Source of the DNA: Barthelona sp. PCE
Lineage: Eukaryota
Reading direction: 5' to 3'
NCBI GenBank assembly: GCA_040285745.1
Contig: JAUFOR010000002.1
Span: forward strand, 62,001-126,000
DNA length: 64,000 bases
Shown: positions 10,801 to 20,364 of the stretch, one piece after another
Position numbering within the stretch: position 1 is the stretch's first letter
How the letters are laid out: each line of letters opens with the position of its first letter
Notes under the pieces: generated by a model
The model's database searches: none
Seen by the model: the letters and a program-made list of their open reading frames with translations, nothing else
What the model was told of the DNA's origin: nothing
Made by a program: the position numbers and the translations under genes

Positions 10801-13800
10801 TCGATATACCCCTCGGGATGGAACGCCTTTACCTTTGGTGAGAAGTTCCAATGTGAACCAGTTGCGTCAGAAGGACGACGGTTGAGATTGGGAATTGTTT
10901 TGAGATACGCCATACATGCCTCATCTTCGGAGTCAGCACATAACTTGGCACCAGCGATGGCATCAAGCTCGTTCTGTGTGAGGTTGCGACCACCGAGCGT
11001 GAAGTGCGAATAATCGTCAAGGTCTCCGCTGTAACAGGCACCGTATGAAGAATTCCACTTGTACACAGTGTCGATATCGGTCAAGTTACCCTCCTCAGTT
11101 TCCATCCATATGTAAGGGATTGAACCGCTCTCGCAAGCACCAATTTGGGGGCACTTCTTGATGATGGTATTGTCCTCACAGCTGGTGGGAAGCCACAGCT
11201 TCGGGTAGTTGCTCTTGATCACGACATAGACCTCAACGTCAAGATCCTTTCTGGTGTTCCAGAGTTTCTTCGTGTGGAAAGAGTGTGCGAAAGTCGTAAT
11301 GCGAATAGCTGGTGGGATAGGAGGCACATCAACATATGCTAGTCGCAGAGGGTGTCCGTTTAGACGTCCGAAAACGTCTCTTGCAAAGACAGCACTAGTT
11401 GCTTTAACGGCCGGAATTATGAGACCCTTTGTTCCTGTTTCGGTCTGTGCGATCTCAGCCATTGGGACAGCAGCAGTACCAGCAGCCATGGCGATGGAGA
11501 ACGCACCAGAAGGTGAGACTAGCGGCTTTTCATTAGTGTGAATCTCAGGGAAGTTGTGCACGGGGCGATGATACAGCTCCTGAGGGTACATTGTGAACAT
11601 AACAGGGTCTGCGGTTTCGAATTCCATTAAATCATTTGCAGCACCAGGTGCGCTATCCCAGGCCAGCTCCATCTCAAGCGCTGCCATACGGAAAACAGTG
11701 AGAGTGTCCATTTCGAACGTGTTTGTTGACATGTAATCAAAGATCATTGATCCGTCCACATCAAAGAGCAAATCTTCAACTATGTAGTTAGTTGAAACGT
11801 CACTCGTAACGTTTAGCACGTAAACAGTCATCTTTGTCTCGTGTGTGATACCCAGTTGGTTGGGCAACCATCCGCGCATGAATTTGAAAGATGCATGAGA
11901 CTCGTTCATACACACAACATCAAAGACGGCAACATGATCAGCGCTGATGAACACATCATCGATAAACTCGGAACAGTTCACGCCAGGCAGTGCAAACGAA
12001 ATTCTAGCACCCTTGCGTGATTCGTTACCCCAAATCCCAATCTTTCCCGACACGGCGTTCATGAAGACGAGATCTTCACCATAGAGCGTGTGCGTACCAT
12101 TGGCTTCGAATCCCTCCATGTCTAGCGGGTGCAGCACATCCGGATCAACGTTGGGCATGATCGTGTATGTGCGCTTGACTCTTCCCTCAGTTAGTTCTTC
12201 GATGTCCACCTCATTGAGGTCAATAACATCTCGGTCACACAGAGAGAGCGCCCAGTTACGCGCGGTAGAGGCCTCTAGACCCACAAAGCCGTCACTTTCG
12301 CGTGGCTCATTCGAGTAGTAACCACCTTCATCCGGCGGTCTTCTGTTTGAGCACTGTGAAAGCTCAGGCTTGATACGCTCAATCGTCAGCACATTGCTTG
12401 CGTTGAGGTGAAGTGGTACAGGTTGGTCTTTCATGAACAGAACATCGTTCCTCATAAATAGGACTTTCTTCTTCGATCTACCGTCGGTGTGGCTATACGT
12501 GTCGTTTTTGGCGAGAGATGACTCAGGAACCGCCCATGTATCCTGGAAGAACTCGATGGACGGGTGACCTAGCTCATAAAACTCATCAGAGTCGGTGAAG
12601 CAGGTTTCTTTTACCATAAAGGCATCAGAAATAACTTTTCCATGGTAGTTAGCGTTACTGACCTTGGGTTTTTCATGCAAAGGCTCAAAACCTGTGAGAT
12701 TACCACCCTTCATAACGCGACGGGGGCGAACAGATCGATCCCAATCGAACGCGAACTTGTGGTGTCTCTCCTTCGACATTGTGAAGTCAATATACTTGCT
12801 ATGGTTAAAGGTTTCAGTCATGGGGTACGTGTAGTCGCTAATATTATTGACTGCCTTGGTGTATGCTTCAGCATCGAATTCAAGGGCACGGCCGACTTCG
12901 TATTGGTTTGATCCGTCGCCCAGTGCTGCAATAAGGAGCACAGTAGATTTGAAAGTCACATTATGGGCAATAGCGTCGTTGGAGTTCTGAATCTCTGTGT
13001 GGTGCGTGAAGAACCTCATCTCATTAGTGATGGGGTAGAAGCCCGGTGGCTCAAGGTTCATCACAGTTCTGAAATATAGTGGCTGGACACACACAGCGCG
13101 CATAAAAGATATGCGCTGGTTAGTGCGCCCCAGGACATCAATGTACTTGACCTCATACATAGAGAGAGTGATGTCGGGAACACTCGTGAATGTAATATCA
13201 ATGACACGTAACTCAACAGTGATGTTGGACTTCTCCATCGGTGTAACATTCGACATGCTGCAGTTGAGCTGTATGCTTGACGTATACGTGTAATTGAGCG
13301 GAGTAGGGATCGTCGTATTGATACAGCCGTCCGGTACAGCGAGTAGCTCAAGTCCATCAGGAATCCACAATGTGACTGAGACGTCCGAGATGTCCTCGCT
13401 CCAAAGGTTTGCAAAACGAAGAACAGCGGATAAATCGACGATCTCACCACCAGGGATCATTCCGTCCTCGGTTGCACCAATTACGAACGAATCTACGAGA
13501 AGAGGGTCCATGATACTGGCTGCGAACGCAGAGAAAACATAACCATATGTCCATCCGTCATACATTGGGTTTGAGAACATGTTGATGACATAGCCTGCGC
13601 CCTGTTTGCGGTACGCAATTGCAGCCTTTGTACCATTGACGACGTCATCGAAGCCTTCGGAATTACGCTGGAAGATAGATGATGTGTGGTTCGAAAGCAC
13701 TCGCCAGTCGTTGTCCTCGTGGAGGGAGTCGGCTGGGTATGCCGAGGAGACAAGACGCGTGTACACATTAGACCCTGACATGGTCTTGTCACTGCACAAT

Positions 13801-14861
13801 GTCCTGTCAATGAACTCGTGGGTCGAAGTGATGTTCTCTGTGAACTCAGGGCATCCTGTAATTTGGGCAGTGATGCCCGAAGGGCGAACGAGACTGAGTG
13901 TCGGGTCCACAACATCGTTGTCAGTTTCAAATATGTTAAGTCGTTGGGCGATGTTGGCGGATTTACCCATTGCTAGGATTGAACCTCCAGCCTCGACGAA
14001 GCGTTTAAGAAGCGCCTCGTGGCCTTCGAAGTGACGCATAACACAAGGGAGACAGTCGTCCATATAGTCGCCCAATACAAGAAATTTAACGCGAAGACGA
14101 CCGAGGTTATCAAACAAGAAGAATGGATCTTCGAGATCTGTCCCGTTGAAGTAATACAGCTGGGATTTGAGAACGTCTTTGGGTTTCTTATCGATATAGT
14201 CACGATAATCATTCATACCCAAGAAGCAACGTGGATACTTTCCCCATATATAGTTCTTGAACAGGTCGCACGTGGCCGCAGATTCGTACGTGATGTACGC
14301 GGGCTTCTCGGTGATACCCCCCTCAGCACACTTCTCGTACATGCTGAAAATAGCAATTGAGCCATCATACATGGCCATTGAACGTCTGATTGACTTTTCC
14401 TCAGGGGAGTGCAGCCATCCGAAGTAATAGTCCCAGAGGTTGGGCAGGTTGGCAGAGTCAAGCTTGAAGTATGCGCCCTTTGTAAAACTGTAATTCATAG
14501 GCATGTCAGATGACACGTTGAGAAGACCAGTCATGTTGAATGCACGTGGGTAAAAGATTGTGGAGGACGAATCCTGGCTCAGGTAGCGGAACATGAATCG
14601 TCTGGACCTATACGATGATCCCTTAAGCATCTGTGACTGATCGTGTGCAGCTGGTACTACAAAAAGCTCGTCAAAGCTGATGAGCCCGTCATCAGAGGCA
14701 TCATTGTTTGCAACTTGCTTAAAGGATTGAAAATCCATTTCGTTTGCTTGATCCTCGTCAAAAACAGAAGTATAAGTTGGGAAAATATCGTGTTCAACCA
14801 TAAAGGCGCTTGAAGTAAGCATAAGTACACATATTGCGCATAAAAAAGTCAAAGCCCTCAT
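7851..14861 (-). CDS. Giant type-I membrane/surface glycoprotein (signal peptide, EF-hand-like pair, GATase-like and DUF11/Ig-like segments, single TM, basic tail)
   Basis: ATG at 14861 begins signal peptide MRALTFLCAICVLMLTSSA; many NxS/T sequons; TM VAALSAAVIIGCVLIIGVPLLLIL followed by RSRR. Confidence 0.85.
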   Translation of the reverse strand: MRALTFLCAICVLMLTSSAFMVEHDIFPTYTSVFDEDQANEMDFQSFKQVANNDASDDGLISFDELFVVPAAHDQSQMLKGSSYRSRRFMFRYLSQDSSSTIFYPRAFNMTGLLNVSSDMPMNYSFTKGAYFKLDSANLPNLWDYYFGWLHSPEEKSIRRSMAMYDGSIAIFSMYEKCAEGGITEKPAYITYESAATCDLFKNYIWGKYPRCFLGMNDYRDYIDKKPKDVLKSQLYYFNGTDLEDPFFLFDNLGRLRVKFLVLGDYMDDCLPCVMRHFEGHEALLKRFVEAGGSILAMGKSANIAQRLNIFETDNDVVDPTLSLVRPSGITAQITGCPEFTENITSTHEFIDRTLCSDKTMSGSNVYTRLVSSAYPADSLHEDNDWRVLSNHTSSIFQRNSEGFDDVVNGTKAAIAYRKQGAGYVINMFSNPMYDGWTYGYVFSAFAASIMDPLLVDSFVIGATEDGMIPGGEIVDLSAVLRFANLWSEDISDVSVTLWIPDGLELLAVPDGCINTTIPTPLNYTYTSSIQLNCSMSNVTPMEKSNITVELRVIDITFTSVPDITLSMYEVKYIDVLGRTNQRISFMRAVCVQPLYFRTVMNLEPPGFYPITNEMRFFTHHTEIQNSNDAIAHNVTFKSTVLLIAALGDGSNQYEVGRALEFDAEAYTKAVNNISDYTYPMTETFNHSKYIDFTMSKERHHKFAFDWDRSVRPRRVMKGGNLTGFEPLHEKPKVSNANYHGKVISDAFMVKETCFTDSDEFYELGHPSIEFFQDTWAVPESSLAKNDTYSHTDGRSKKKVLFMRNDVLFMKDQPVPLHLNASNVLTIERIKPELSQCSNRRPPDEGGYYSNEPRESDGFVGLEASTARNWALSLCDRDVIDLNEVDIEELTEGRVKRTYTIMPNVDPDVLHPLDMEGFEANGTHTLYGEDLVFMNAVSGKIGIWGNESRKGARISFALPGVNCSEFIDDVFISADHVAVFDVVCMNESHASFKFMRGWLPNQLGITHETKMTVYVLNVTSDVSTNYIVEDLLFDVDGSMIFDYMSTNTFEMDTLTVFRMAALEMELAWDSAPGAANDLMEFETADPVMFTMYPQELYHRPVHNFPEIHTNEKPLVSPSGAFSIAMAAGTAAVPMAEIAQTETGTKGLIIPAVKATSAVFARDVFGRLNGHPLRLAYVDVPPIPPAIRITTFAHSFHTKKLWNTRKDLDVEVYVVIKSNYPKLWLPTSCEDNTIIKKCPQIGACESGSIPYIWMETEEGNLTDIDTVYKWNSSYGACYSGDLDDYSHFTLGGRNLTQNELDAIAGAKLCADSEDEACMAYLKTIPNLNRRPSDATGSHWNFSPKVKAFHPEGYIDDDLENKMFDLIADPDYHDSNLLKGYPFDVSNPIPSHAVSPHDKPTSIFLLGMRKGVGYYPVYSKATAPKGGDFEYSDLKKFDGSNKRGWYSDNLQDRDDTILVGQQKSNRVSRGKAVLYDVNRWKYMHNVTSAANAERSYKNIYTCLFNNKILIPPKNKDKIYYRSHARTNYIVPLDPFMQEYDDRIDDFDCTLDRQYGPSNISTYNNFLETDETDYLYFGVHQRSGGLESLHIAYTMKTYQNIFFRSLATPIGFGYNTAWIVVNTLNSWSEMQSPSVPTIPAVRNDISLTAELLPSKVPTFGARMMALLHFEDLFSEFQITSQTYISSLGQARASVNVYVGGENDYVAWLYPDKGIEDRTTIMKLTIENLEGYDVVMNSNAMDMDEEIGSDNPADYQYKIVYKPTAYNFFNIEIPAELQPYITVKPYVTHSDTYKPVFRLMEYVNVFTIKSGYKALYKWNITVSSDLPDKYFGSTLVLPTSFNHEYFRREEGLPAIDWESPDVHLYIPFKDGRLKGKCYYVPVRSTDIFAKLRIGDVDTDIVGAKHATLDEIDGLRAVIGSENERDEMVEWFDDLTVTPTRNVSIEVLDDPNNTYRYLIVNLSSVFPTFPFRTDYGELTKASVAVLMKAEQLPNGWRTIVNRKWHHYTDFEDDEIIEDDRGATVLRTQAKGAWLSVSYSAVLGTYKNGVFVEKNNQRLKKKQKGSIKLDFSLRNVGDHYAYNVNATIVFDTSVSLRLDTLEGVNFTVSHDNDDLALTITLQSTLPPGSRIRREIGFDFIERDDDVTNEDEENLVEAGRRTFIKSVSASMDLTENSQEIVVDQRIETPFTLKTYVDATPPPPTEAGWSAGEVAALSAAVIIGCVLIIGVPLLLILRSRRAPVKSVSSININDQSEMFEVVQSPVLGRWDSFESSNRVAPAKRSIKKQPSSSSFDAADVSIPHKPRMKKQSSFLRPTKSSQARRPERNNNAKPKRVWRPSGPS

Positions 14862-15137
14862 TGTAAGTATGTAAAAAAGCAGTAAAAAGCAAAACAAGTA
14901 ATCATATGCAGTTCTATCCTTTACACCATGCTAAACATGCGAGGTTATTTGCTATATCGTGGTTTTGATGGTATTAACACCAATATTACGAGTGCAATTT
15001 TTTGTTTTTGCCTGAATCTCTTTCTGCTGAATTATATCGGAATTTATGCAGCGAAACTGAGCTTTAATTCGTACAAGATTCCCTTTTGTCAAGCTTAAAT
15101 CATATTCAAACCAAATCCTTGTCATTTCATTTTTTTA

Positions 15138-15410
15138 ATGTCTTCCACAGCGGTCCAGAAGGTTTCCTTCAAGTTCATTCTTACAAGTGACAGGTCACAA
15201 CCATATAAGGTGATCGCAATTCCCGAAAGTGTCGCAATGAGCGTAGTAGTCAGATTTGTAGCCAATGCATTCAATCTTAATGCAGGCACCATCGCCTTAC
15301 TGAATAATTCGGGATCACCCATCATGCCCACTCTTTCTGCGGGTGAAGCTTTTTTGCAATACGGTAGTGATATCAGAGTGATATCTCGTGACAGAGTTGG
15401 TGCTTTTTAA
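15138..15410 (+). CDS. UFM1: Ubiquitin-fold modifier 1
   Basis: KVSFKFILTSD..PYKV..PES...AG..FL.YGS.IR.I.RDRVG matches UFM1 end to end; C-terminal VG plus a 2-residue extension. Confidence 0.95.
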   Translation: MSSTAVQKVSFKFILTSDRSQPYKVIAIPESVAMSVVVRFVANAFNLNAGTIALLNNSGSPIMPTLSAGEAFLQYGSDIRVISRDRVGAF

Positions 15411-15751
15411 TCCTGCACAGCCCACGAATGATTTTGAGTAAATAGAACAACTAATGAAGTTCAGCATATCAAACTACACAGTGTTTTTTTTTTTTGAAAG
15501 GAAATGCATTCTTATAATTTGAAGTTCTGACTGCGCAGGCGCATGCTATATTGTATAAAAATCCACAATTCCAGTTTCAGGATGAATAGTTAAAGAATGT
15601 ACTCCAAGAACATAGTGCACTATACTAGCAGCTTCCGCAATTCAAATTTTTGTAAACAGCGCCGTGATAGCTTCATATCTACACATATGGTGCAACACAA
15701 AACAATATAATGAATAGTTTTAAGTTTGTTTTCATTTTTATCCTTTTCATA

Positions 15752-17545
15752 ATGAGTACGGGGCCACAATCATTGCGTAATAAGCGCACATTGGAGTCGG
15801 AGGCATTGATCTCGAAAACGATTATGCCACAAAGCACGAATGAAACGGAATCCCATAAAGTAGGGCAATTATTAAGTACGTACGAGCAAAAAATATCACT
15901 TTTGGAGAAGCAAAATAGCGAATATCGCCATTCACTACAGAATTTAGATTCACGATTTGGTGAAATTGCCACAAATTACAAAAGTCTTGAGTCTAACTCG
16001 GATAAGAAGCTGAAAGAAGCCAATTTTGCAGTGCTCCAGTACCAAACAGATAACGAGACGTTACTGCGCCAGAACCATGAGTTATGTGAGAAGAATGATA
16101 AACTGATTCAGGCAAACACAGAATTGTCCAATAAGTTGAATCAAATTAGTTCAAAGTTTGGAAGTCTTGTAGAGAGTCAAGAGCAGCTTATGGACCAGAA
16201 CGGTGATCTATTGTCTCAGAATACAACGTTAAAGGGAGTAATGGATGAGCTGAAACGCCAATTGATCAATTATAGTGAGATCCAGGGAACAAACACAGTT
16301 CTTACACAGAAGTTAGAGGAGCTAGAGAGTATGTATCTGTCTCTGAAAACTGATCACGAGGATACTACGAAGCAAAATTTTATTCAGTCGGAGGAGATTG
16401 AGAATCTGAGAGCAGCAACCAGTCTCGCCAAGAAGGGTGAGGAGGGCGTATATTCTAGGATGCAGGAGTTACTTAACAGGTGCACAACACTGCAGGATGA
16501 GTTAAATCTAACACTAAATAAGTTGCAACATAGCGAGCAGTACAATGCTGAGCTGGAACGAGATGTACAGATGATCCAAAAAGATTTCCATAAGCAGTTA
16601 CAGAGTCGAGAGAGCGTTATTATTGAGCAGAAGAACATTGAAATCCAACAAATTATGCAAAAATGTCAAGAGATCCAAAAGAGGGAGTTAAATCTTGAAT
16701 CGAAGATGGAGAGGATCCTTAAGGAAAAGCAAACCATGCAGAATCTGTACAACGAGAACTTAAAGAACCACCCCATCGAAATCAACAGATATCATGGTGA
16801 AACGCAACGCTTGGCACACACCATTAGTATGATGGAAAAGAAGCTTGATGATTTGACACACGAGCATGGATTGCTGCAGACAAAGTACAGCAACGTAAAG
16901 GAGAACAGCGAATTGCTTGAAATGGAACTTCGTACGACCAAAAAGAATCTGAACAGTGAGAATGATAGTCTAAAGACACAATTGTCAGAGTATGTTAAAC
17001 TAAGCTCGATGAAAGATCACGAGATCTCCTCCACCAAAAAAGAGATGGACCATTCACGCGAAATGCTTGAGGAGCGCAATCGGATTTTAACAATGACTAA
17101 CTCAGAACTGAACGATAAGCTCACATCATTAAACCAGAAGTACAGCGCCCGTAATAAGGAGTTTAGCGATATCATTGCCCAACAAGAAGCGTTCCAAAAG
17201 ACGCACCGTGAAGAGACGATGGTTATGATTGACGATTACGAATGCGATGTGTCCAAGTTAAAGGAGAGATTGCGCGTCGCATCGAACAAATTGCAACAGG
17301 GATCTCGTCTTAATGAGAAACTGAGGAGAAGCGAGGAATCACTGAGAGAAGAGCTTCAACACACACAAAGGACTTTACAAAGTATACAGTCTGAGCTTAA
17401 CATGACTCAGTCGACTCTGCGGCTAAAGGATGAGGCGCTAACAGGAGCAAAGAGGTACATGTCTGATCAACTTCACCAGTTGCTTCTAACGTCAAACACC
17501 GCCAAGTATGATACAAAGGCGTTCGAAATTACTGAAGAGAAGTGA
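15752..17545 (+). CDS. Long coiled-coil protein (possibly centriolar; N-terminus weakly SCLT1-like)
   Basis: Continuous heptads over about 550 aa; likely start MSTGPQ after a T-rich tract (alternative ATG at 15710). Confidence 0.75.
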   Translation: MSTGPQSLRNKRTLESEALISKTIMPQSTNETESHKVGQLLSTYEQKISLLEKQNSEYRHSLQNLDSRFGEIATNYKSLESNSDKKLKEANFAVLQYQTDNETLLRQNHELCEKNDKLIQANTELSNKLNQISSKFGSLVESQEQLMDQNGDLLSQNTTLKGVMDELKRQLINYSEIQGTNTVLTQKLEELESMYLSLKTDHEDTTKQNFIQSEEIENLRAATSLAKKGEEGVYSRMQELLNRCTTLQDELNLTLNKLQHSEQYNAELERDVQMIQKDFHKQLQSRESVIIEQKNIEIQQIMQKCQEIQKRELNLESKMERILKEKQTMQNLYNENLKNHPIEINRYHGETQRLAHTISMMEKKLDDLTHEHGLLQTKYSNVKENSELLEMELRTTKKNLNSENDSLKTQLSEYVKLSSMKDHEISSTKKEMDHSREMLEERNRILTMTNSELNDKLTSLNQKYSARNKEFSDIIAQQEAFQKTHREETMVMIDDYECDVSKLKERLRVASNKLQQGSRLNEKLRRSEESLREELQHTQRTLQSIQSELNMTQSTLRLKDEALTGAKRYMSDQLHQLLLTSNTAKYDTKAFEITEEK

Positions 17546-18220
17546 TTCACAACCATCAACCAGTGATGTGAGTAAACCAAAGTGTATTTCTTCAATTTCT
17601 TCCTGTTCTTTAATTTGTGGGGATGTAGGGAAGTCAGTTTCGAGCAGTAAACGGCTAGGGATAGACTGGAGAACATGTTGCATTGAATCGCAGCGTGTTG
17701 AGAAAGAGAAGAAAATGTTTGGGAACTGATGATGAACTGAATCGATTAATGATGGAATATAAGGACAACGGTGCAGAATTATGGGTATATTATGTGCACC
17801 TATCTCATCAAGAATACGGTGAATCTTCTCAGTACTCTTAAAATTATGTATGACTAGAGGTCGACGGAATGTCACTGCTAGTTCTGCATGCAGCCGAAAT
17901 ACTGTCATTTGAAACTCGGCGGATATACCGGCCCTCTTTTTGTGTATTCCAGTTTCACCTACCCAAAGGTTTGGGTTTTCCTCAAGCACTTCAGTAAGCT
18001 GTGTTCTCATCGAATCAATGGTTAATTCATCCGTTAAGAAGAACGGATGGAAGCCCACGCACCCAATGACATTGTTGTTGTCACTGGAAATCTGTGCAAC
18101 AAAGGGTATATCAACAGGTCTTGCGCTATTTACGACGTATGTAACGTTCGGATACTTTGCGTAATCAAAACCCCGAATAAAACACGTGTGACAGTGGAAA
18201 TCCACGTACTGAGTCTGCAT
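17492..18220 (-). CDS. tatD: TatD-family DNase
   Basis: DFHCH, GFHP, VGETG, PLVIH, ILH and LLETDFP motifs; likely start MQTQYVD (alternative ATG at 18256). Confidence 0.9.
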   Translation of the reverse strand: MQTQYVDFHCHTCFIRGFDYAKYPNVTYVVNSARPVDIPFVAQISSDNNNVIGCVGFHPFFLTDELTIDSMRTQLTEVLEENPNLWVGETGIHKKRAGISAEFQMTVFRLHAELAVTFRRPLVIHNFKSTEKIHRILDEIGAHNIPIILHRCPYIPSLIDSVHHQFPNIFFSFSTRCDSMQHVLQSIPSRLLLETDFPTSPQIKEQEEIEEIHFGLLTSLVDGCESLLFSNFERLCIILGGV

Positions 18221-18401
18221 TATGAGATAGAAATGAAGAAGCACTTTTTGTGACATCTTTTTATTACTTTAGTATCACAATCTGATGATTTAGTGTTATT
18301 ATAATAATTATTATGTGCTAAAATATGAGAATTTTGCAAATAGTTTAACCTGCTTTCACCTCTTCCTTTTCTTACTCTTTTTTCTTCTTTAAATAGAAAA
18401 A

Positions 18402-18815
18402 ATGCAAAGCAAAAGTACAAAATACACAGGTATAGAACTGTATAAGCTGCTTAATCCAAACGAATGGGAGAGAGTTTCAAATAACCTAACAATAGTAACT
18501 AAATCGGGATATATTGAGATATATAAGCCCGATAAAAATATTTTATGGCGTGTAGAAAGCACAGATGAATGGTCTATTCGTAGATATGAAAACCTGCTAT
18601 ACATAAGTAACACAGGGTCTCAAAATCCGTCAATAATTGCAGTTTCGCACAGAAGTATCGTCACATTACGTGAAATAGAAGCTGTATGCAAGCTAAATTT
18701 GGAGAGTTTTAATGTAGATCAAATAACTCGAGAAATTAAAGGATTACTTAATGATCCTTGTTTTGGTACGTACATGGAACACGTGGATCGCGCATACAAG
18801 TCGATACTTCAATAG
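18402..18815 (+). CDS. Putative compact REC114-like meiotic recombination protein
   Basis: PH-like N-terminus (W..V...LTIVTKSG...W.IRR..NLLY) and C-terminal IKGLLNDPCFGTYMEHVDRAY resemble the conserved REC114/PHS1 motifs. Confidence 0.6.
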   Translation: MQSKSTKYTGIELYKLLNPNEWERVSNNLTIVTKSGYIEIYKPDKNILWRVESTDEWSIRRYENLLYISNTGSQNPSIIAVSHRSIVTLREIEAVCKLNLESFNVDQITREIKGLLNDPCFGTYMEHVDRAYKSILQ

Positions 18816-19145
18816 TTTTTGAAGCTTGAATTAGGACCACAATTTCTCTAACACATTTGCATTTTTTAGCTGTTTTTGATCTGGCCAAGCGGCCTACATA
18901 GTGAGTTAACAGCTCCTGATAAATAAAAATGTCGATTATAGTTAGTTTACTTTAGTCACAAAGATTGAGAATTTTTTCTCTGCGCATGTTAAAGATTCTT
19001 TATTTTAAAACGCACATGCAACTGATTCTAACATATTTATCCAGTCACCAACTTCGAATACATATATCAACCAAAATTTTTTCATTTTCGGTTTTATTCC
19101 TCATCTCATCCCTTTCACTCCTTTTAAAGGTTATCTCTCATACTG

Positions 19146-20249
19146 ATGTCCGCCCCCCGCCCCGTGTACAACTTTTCCGCTGGTCCTTCCTGCCTTCCTA
19201 TGGCTGTTTTGGAACAAGCTCAACAAGAATTCTTGAGCTTTGACAACAGTGGTATGAGCGTCGTCGAGCTTTCTCACCGCTCTGCTTACTACTCAAAGAT
19301 CCACAAGGACGCTATTGCCAACTTGAAGACCCTTCTTGATATCCCCGATAACTACAAGGTTCTCTTCGTGCAGGGTGGTGCTACCAGCCAGTTCTCCTGT
19401 ATCCCCATGAACCTTATGGGTACAGATAAGACCAAGACTGCCGACTACGTCATTACTGGTTCTTGGTCCAAGAAGGCTTACGATGAGGCTGTTCAACTCG
19501 GTTACAACGTTAACATCGCCGCCAAGACCGATTACACTCGTCTCCCCACCGCTGAGGAGTACACTTTCAACCCCGAAGCCAGCTACGTTCATATTTGTGA
19601 CAACGAAACCATCTGCGGTGTTTGTTTCGATGAACTCCCTAACGTTCCAGAGGGTGTCCCAATTGTTGCTGACATGTCTTCCAACATCCTTTCGAAGCCC
19701 ATCGACGTCTCCAAATTTGGTATGATTTACGGTGGCGCTCAGAAGAACGTTGGTCCCTCTGGTATGACCATTGTCATCATCCGTGAGGACCTCATTCAGA
19801 AGGTTCCCGGTATCCCCATCTACATGCAGTATCACCTTCAGGCTTCCAAGGATTCTCTTTACAACACTCCTTGTACATTTGCTACTTACATGGCTGGTCT
19901 CGTCTTCAAGTGGCTTCTTGAGCACGGTGGTCTTCCCTGGATCCACGCTATCAACCAACAGAAGGCTGATTTGATCTACGGTGCCATTGATGACTCAGAG
20001 GGTTTCTATCGTGCCCACATTGCCCCCGAGAACAAGAACTGCCGTTCCATTATGAACATTACTTTCTTCTCCAGTGATGAGCTCACCCCCATCTTCCTTG
20101 AGGAAGCTGCTAAGGAGGATCTTCAGACTCTTAAGGGTCACCGTAGTCTTGGTCCCAACCTTCGTGCAAGCATTTATAACGCTATGCCTTTGGAAGGTGT
20201 TCAAAAGCTTGTTGATTTCATGAACAAGTTCCGTGAACAACACTGTTAA
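19146..20249 (+). CDS. serC: Phosphoserine aminotransferase
   Basis: YNFSAGP, ELSHRS, QGGATSQF, NETICG, ADMSS, GAQKNVGP (PLP lysine), NTP, GHRS and RASIYNAMP; strong C/T-ending codon bias. Confidence 0.97.
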   Translation: MSAPRPVYNFSAGPSCLPMAVLEQAQQEFLSFDNSGMSVVELSHRSAYYSKIHKDAIANLKTLLDIPDNYKVLFVQGGATSQFSCIPMNLMGTDKTKTADYVITGSWSKKAYDEAVQLGYNVNIAAKTDYTRLPTAEEYTFNPEASYVHICDNETICGVCFDELPNVPEGVPIVADMSSNILSKPIDVSKFGMIYGGAQKNVGPSGMTIVIIREDLIQKVPGIPIYMQYHLQASKDSLYNTPCTFATYMAGLVFKWLLEHGGLPWIHAINQQKADLIYGAIDDSEGFYRAHIAPENKNCRSIMNITFFSSDELTPIFLEEAAKEDLQTLKGHRSLGPNLRASIYNAMPLEGVQKLVDFMNKFREQHC

Positions 20250-20364
20250 ACATCCCACATCCCCTTTTAATATTTCCCACGTGTTTATTAACTCTTTTTT
20301 GTAGTAAAGAAAGCGTTTTAACTGAATTTCATTAAGGTTCAATTGAACTAAAATGCAGTGTATC

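Noticed and set aside
8131-14461. Many 60-170 aa ORFs nested in the giant membrane-protein gene and other long genes
   Set aside because: Shadow ORFs in alternative frames of GC-richer coding sequence.
15520-15680. Sm-site-like AATTTTTG and TGCGCAGG suggesting a U4-like snRNA
   Set aside because: No convincing U4/U6 pairing region or stems; the motif is common in AT-rich spacers.
19293-19958. 221-aa antisense ORF inside serC (likewise 21208-21639 inside the EEP gene)
   Set aside because: Expected by-product of strong codon bias on the sense strand; no protein-like motifs.
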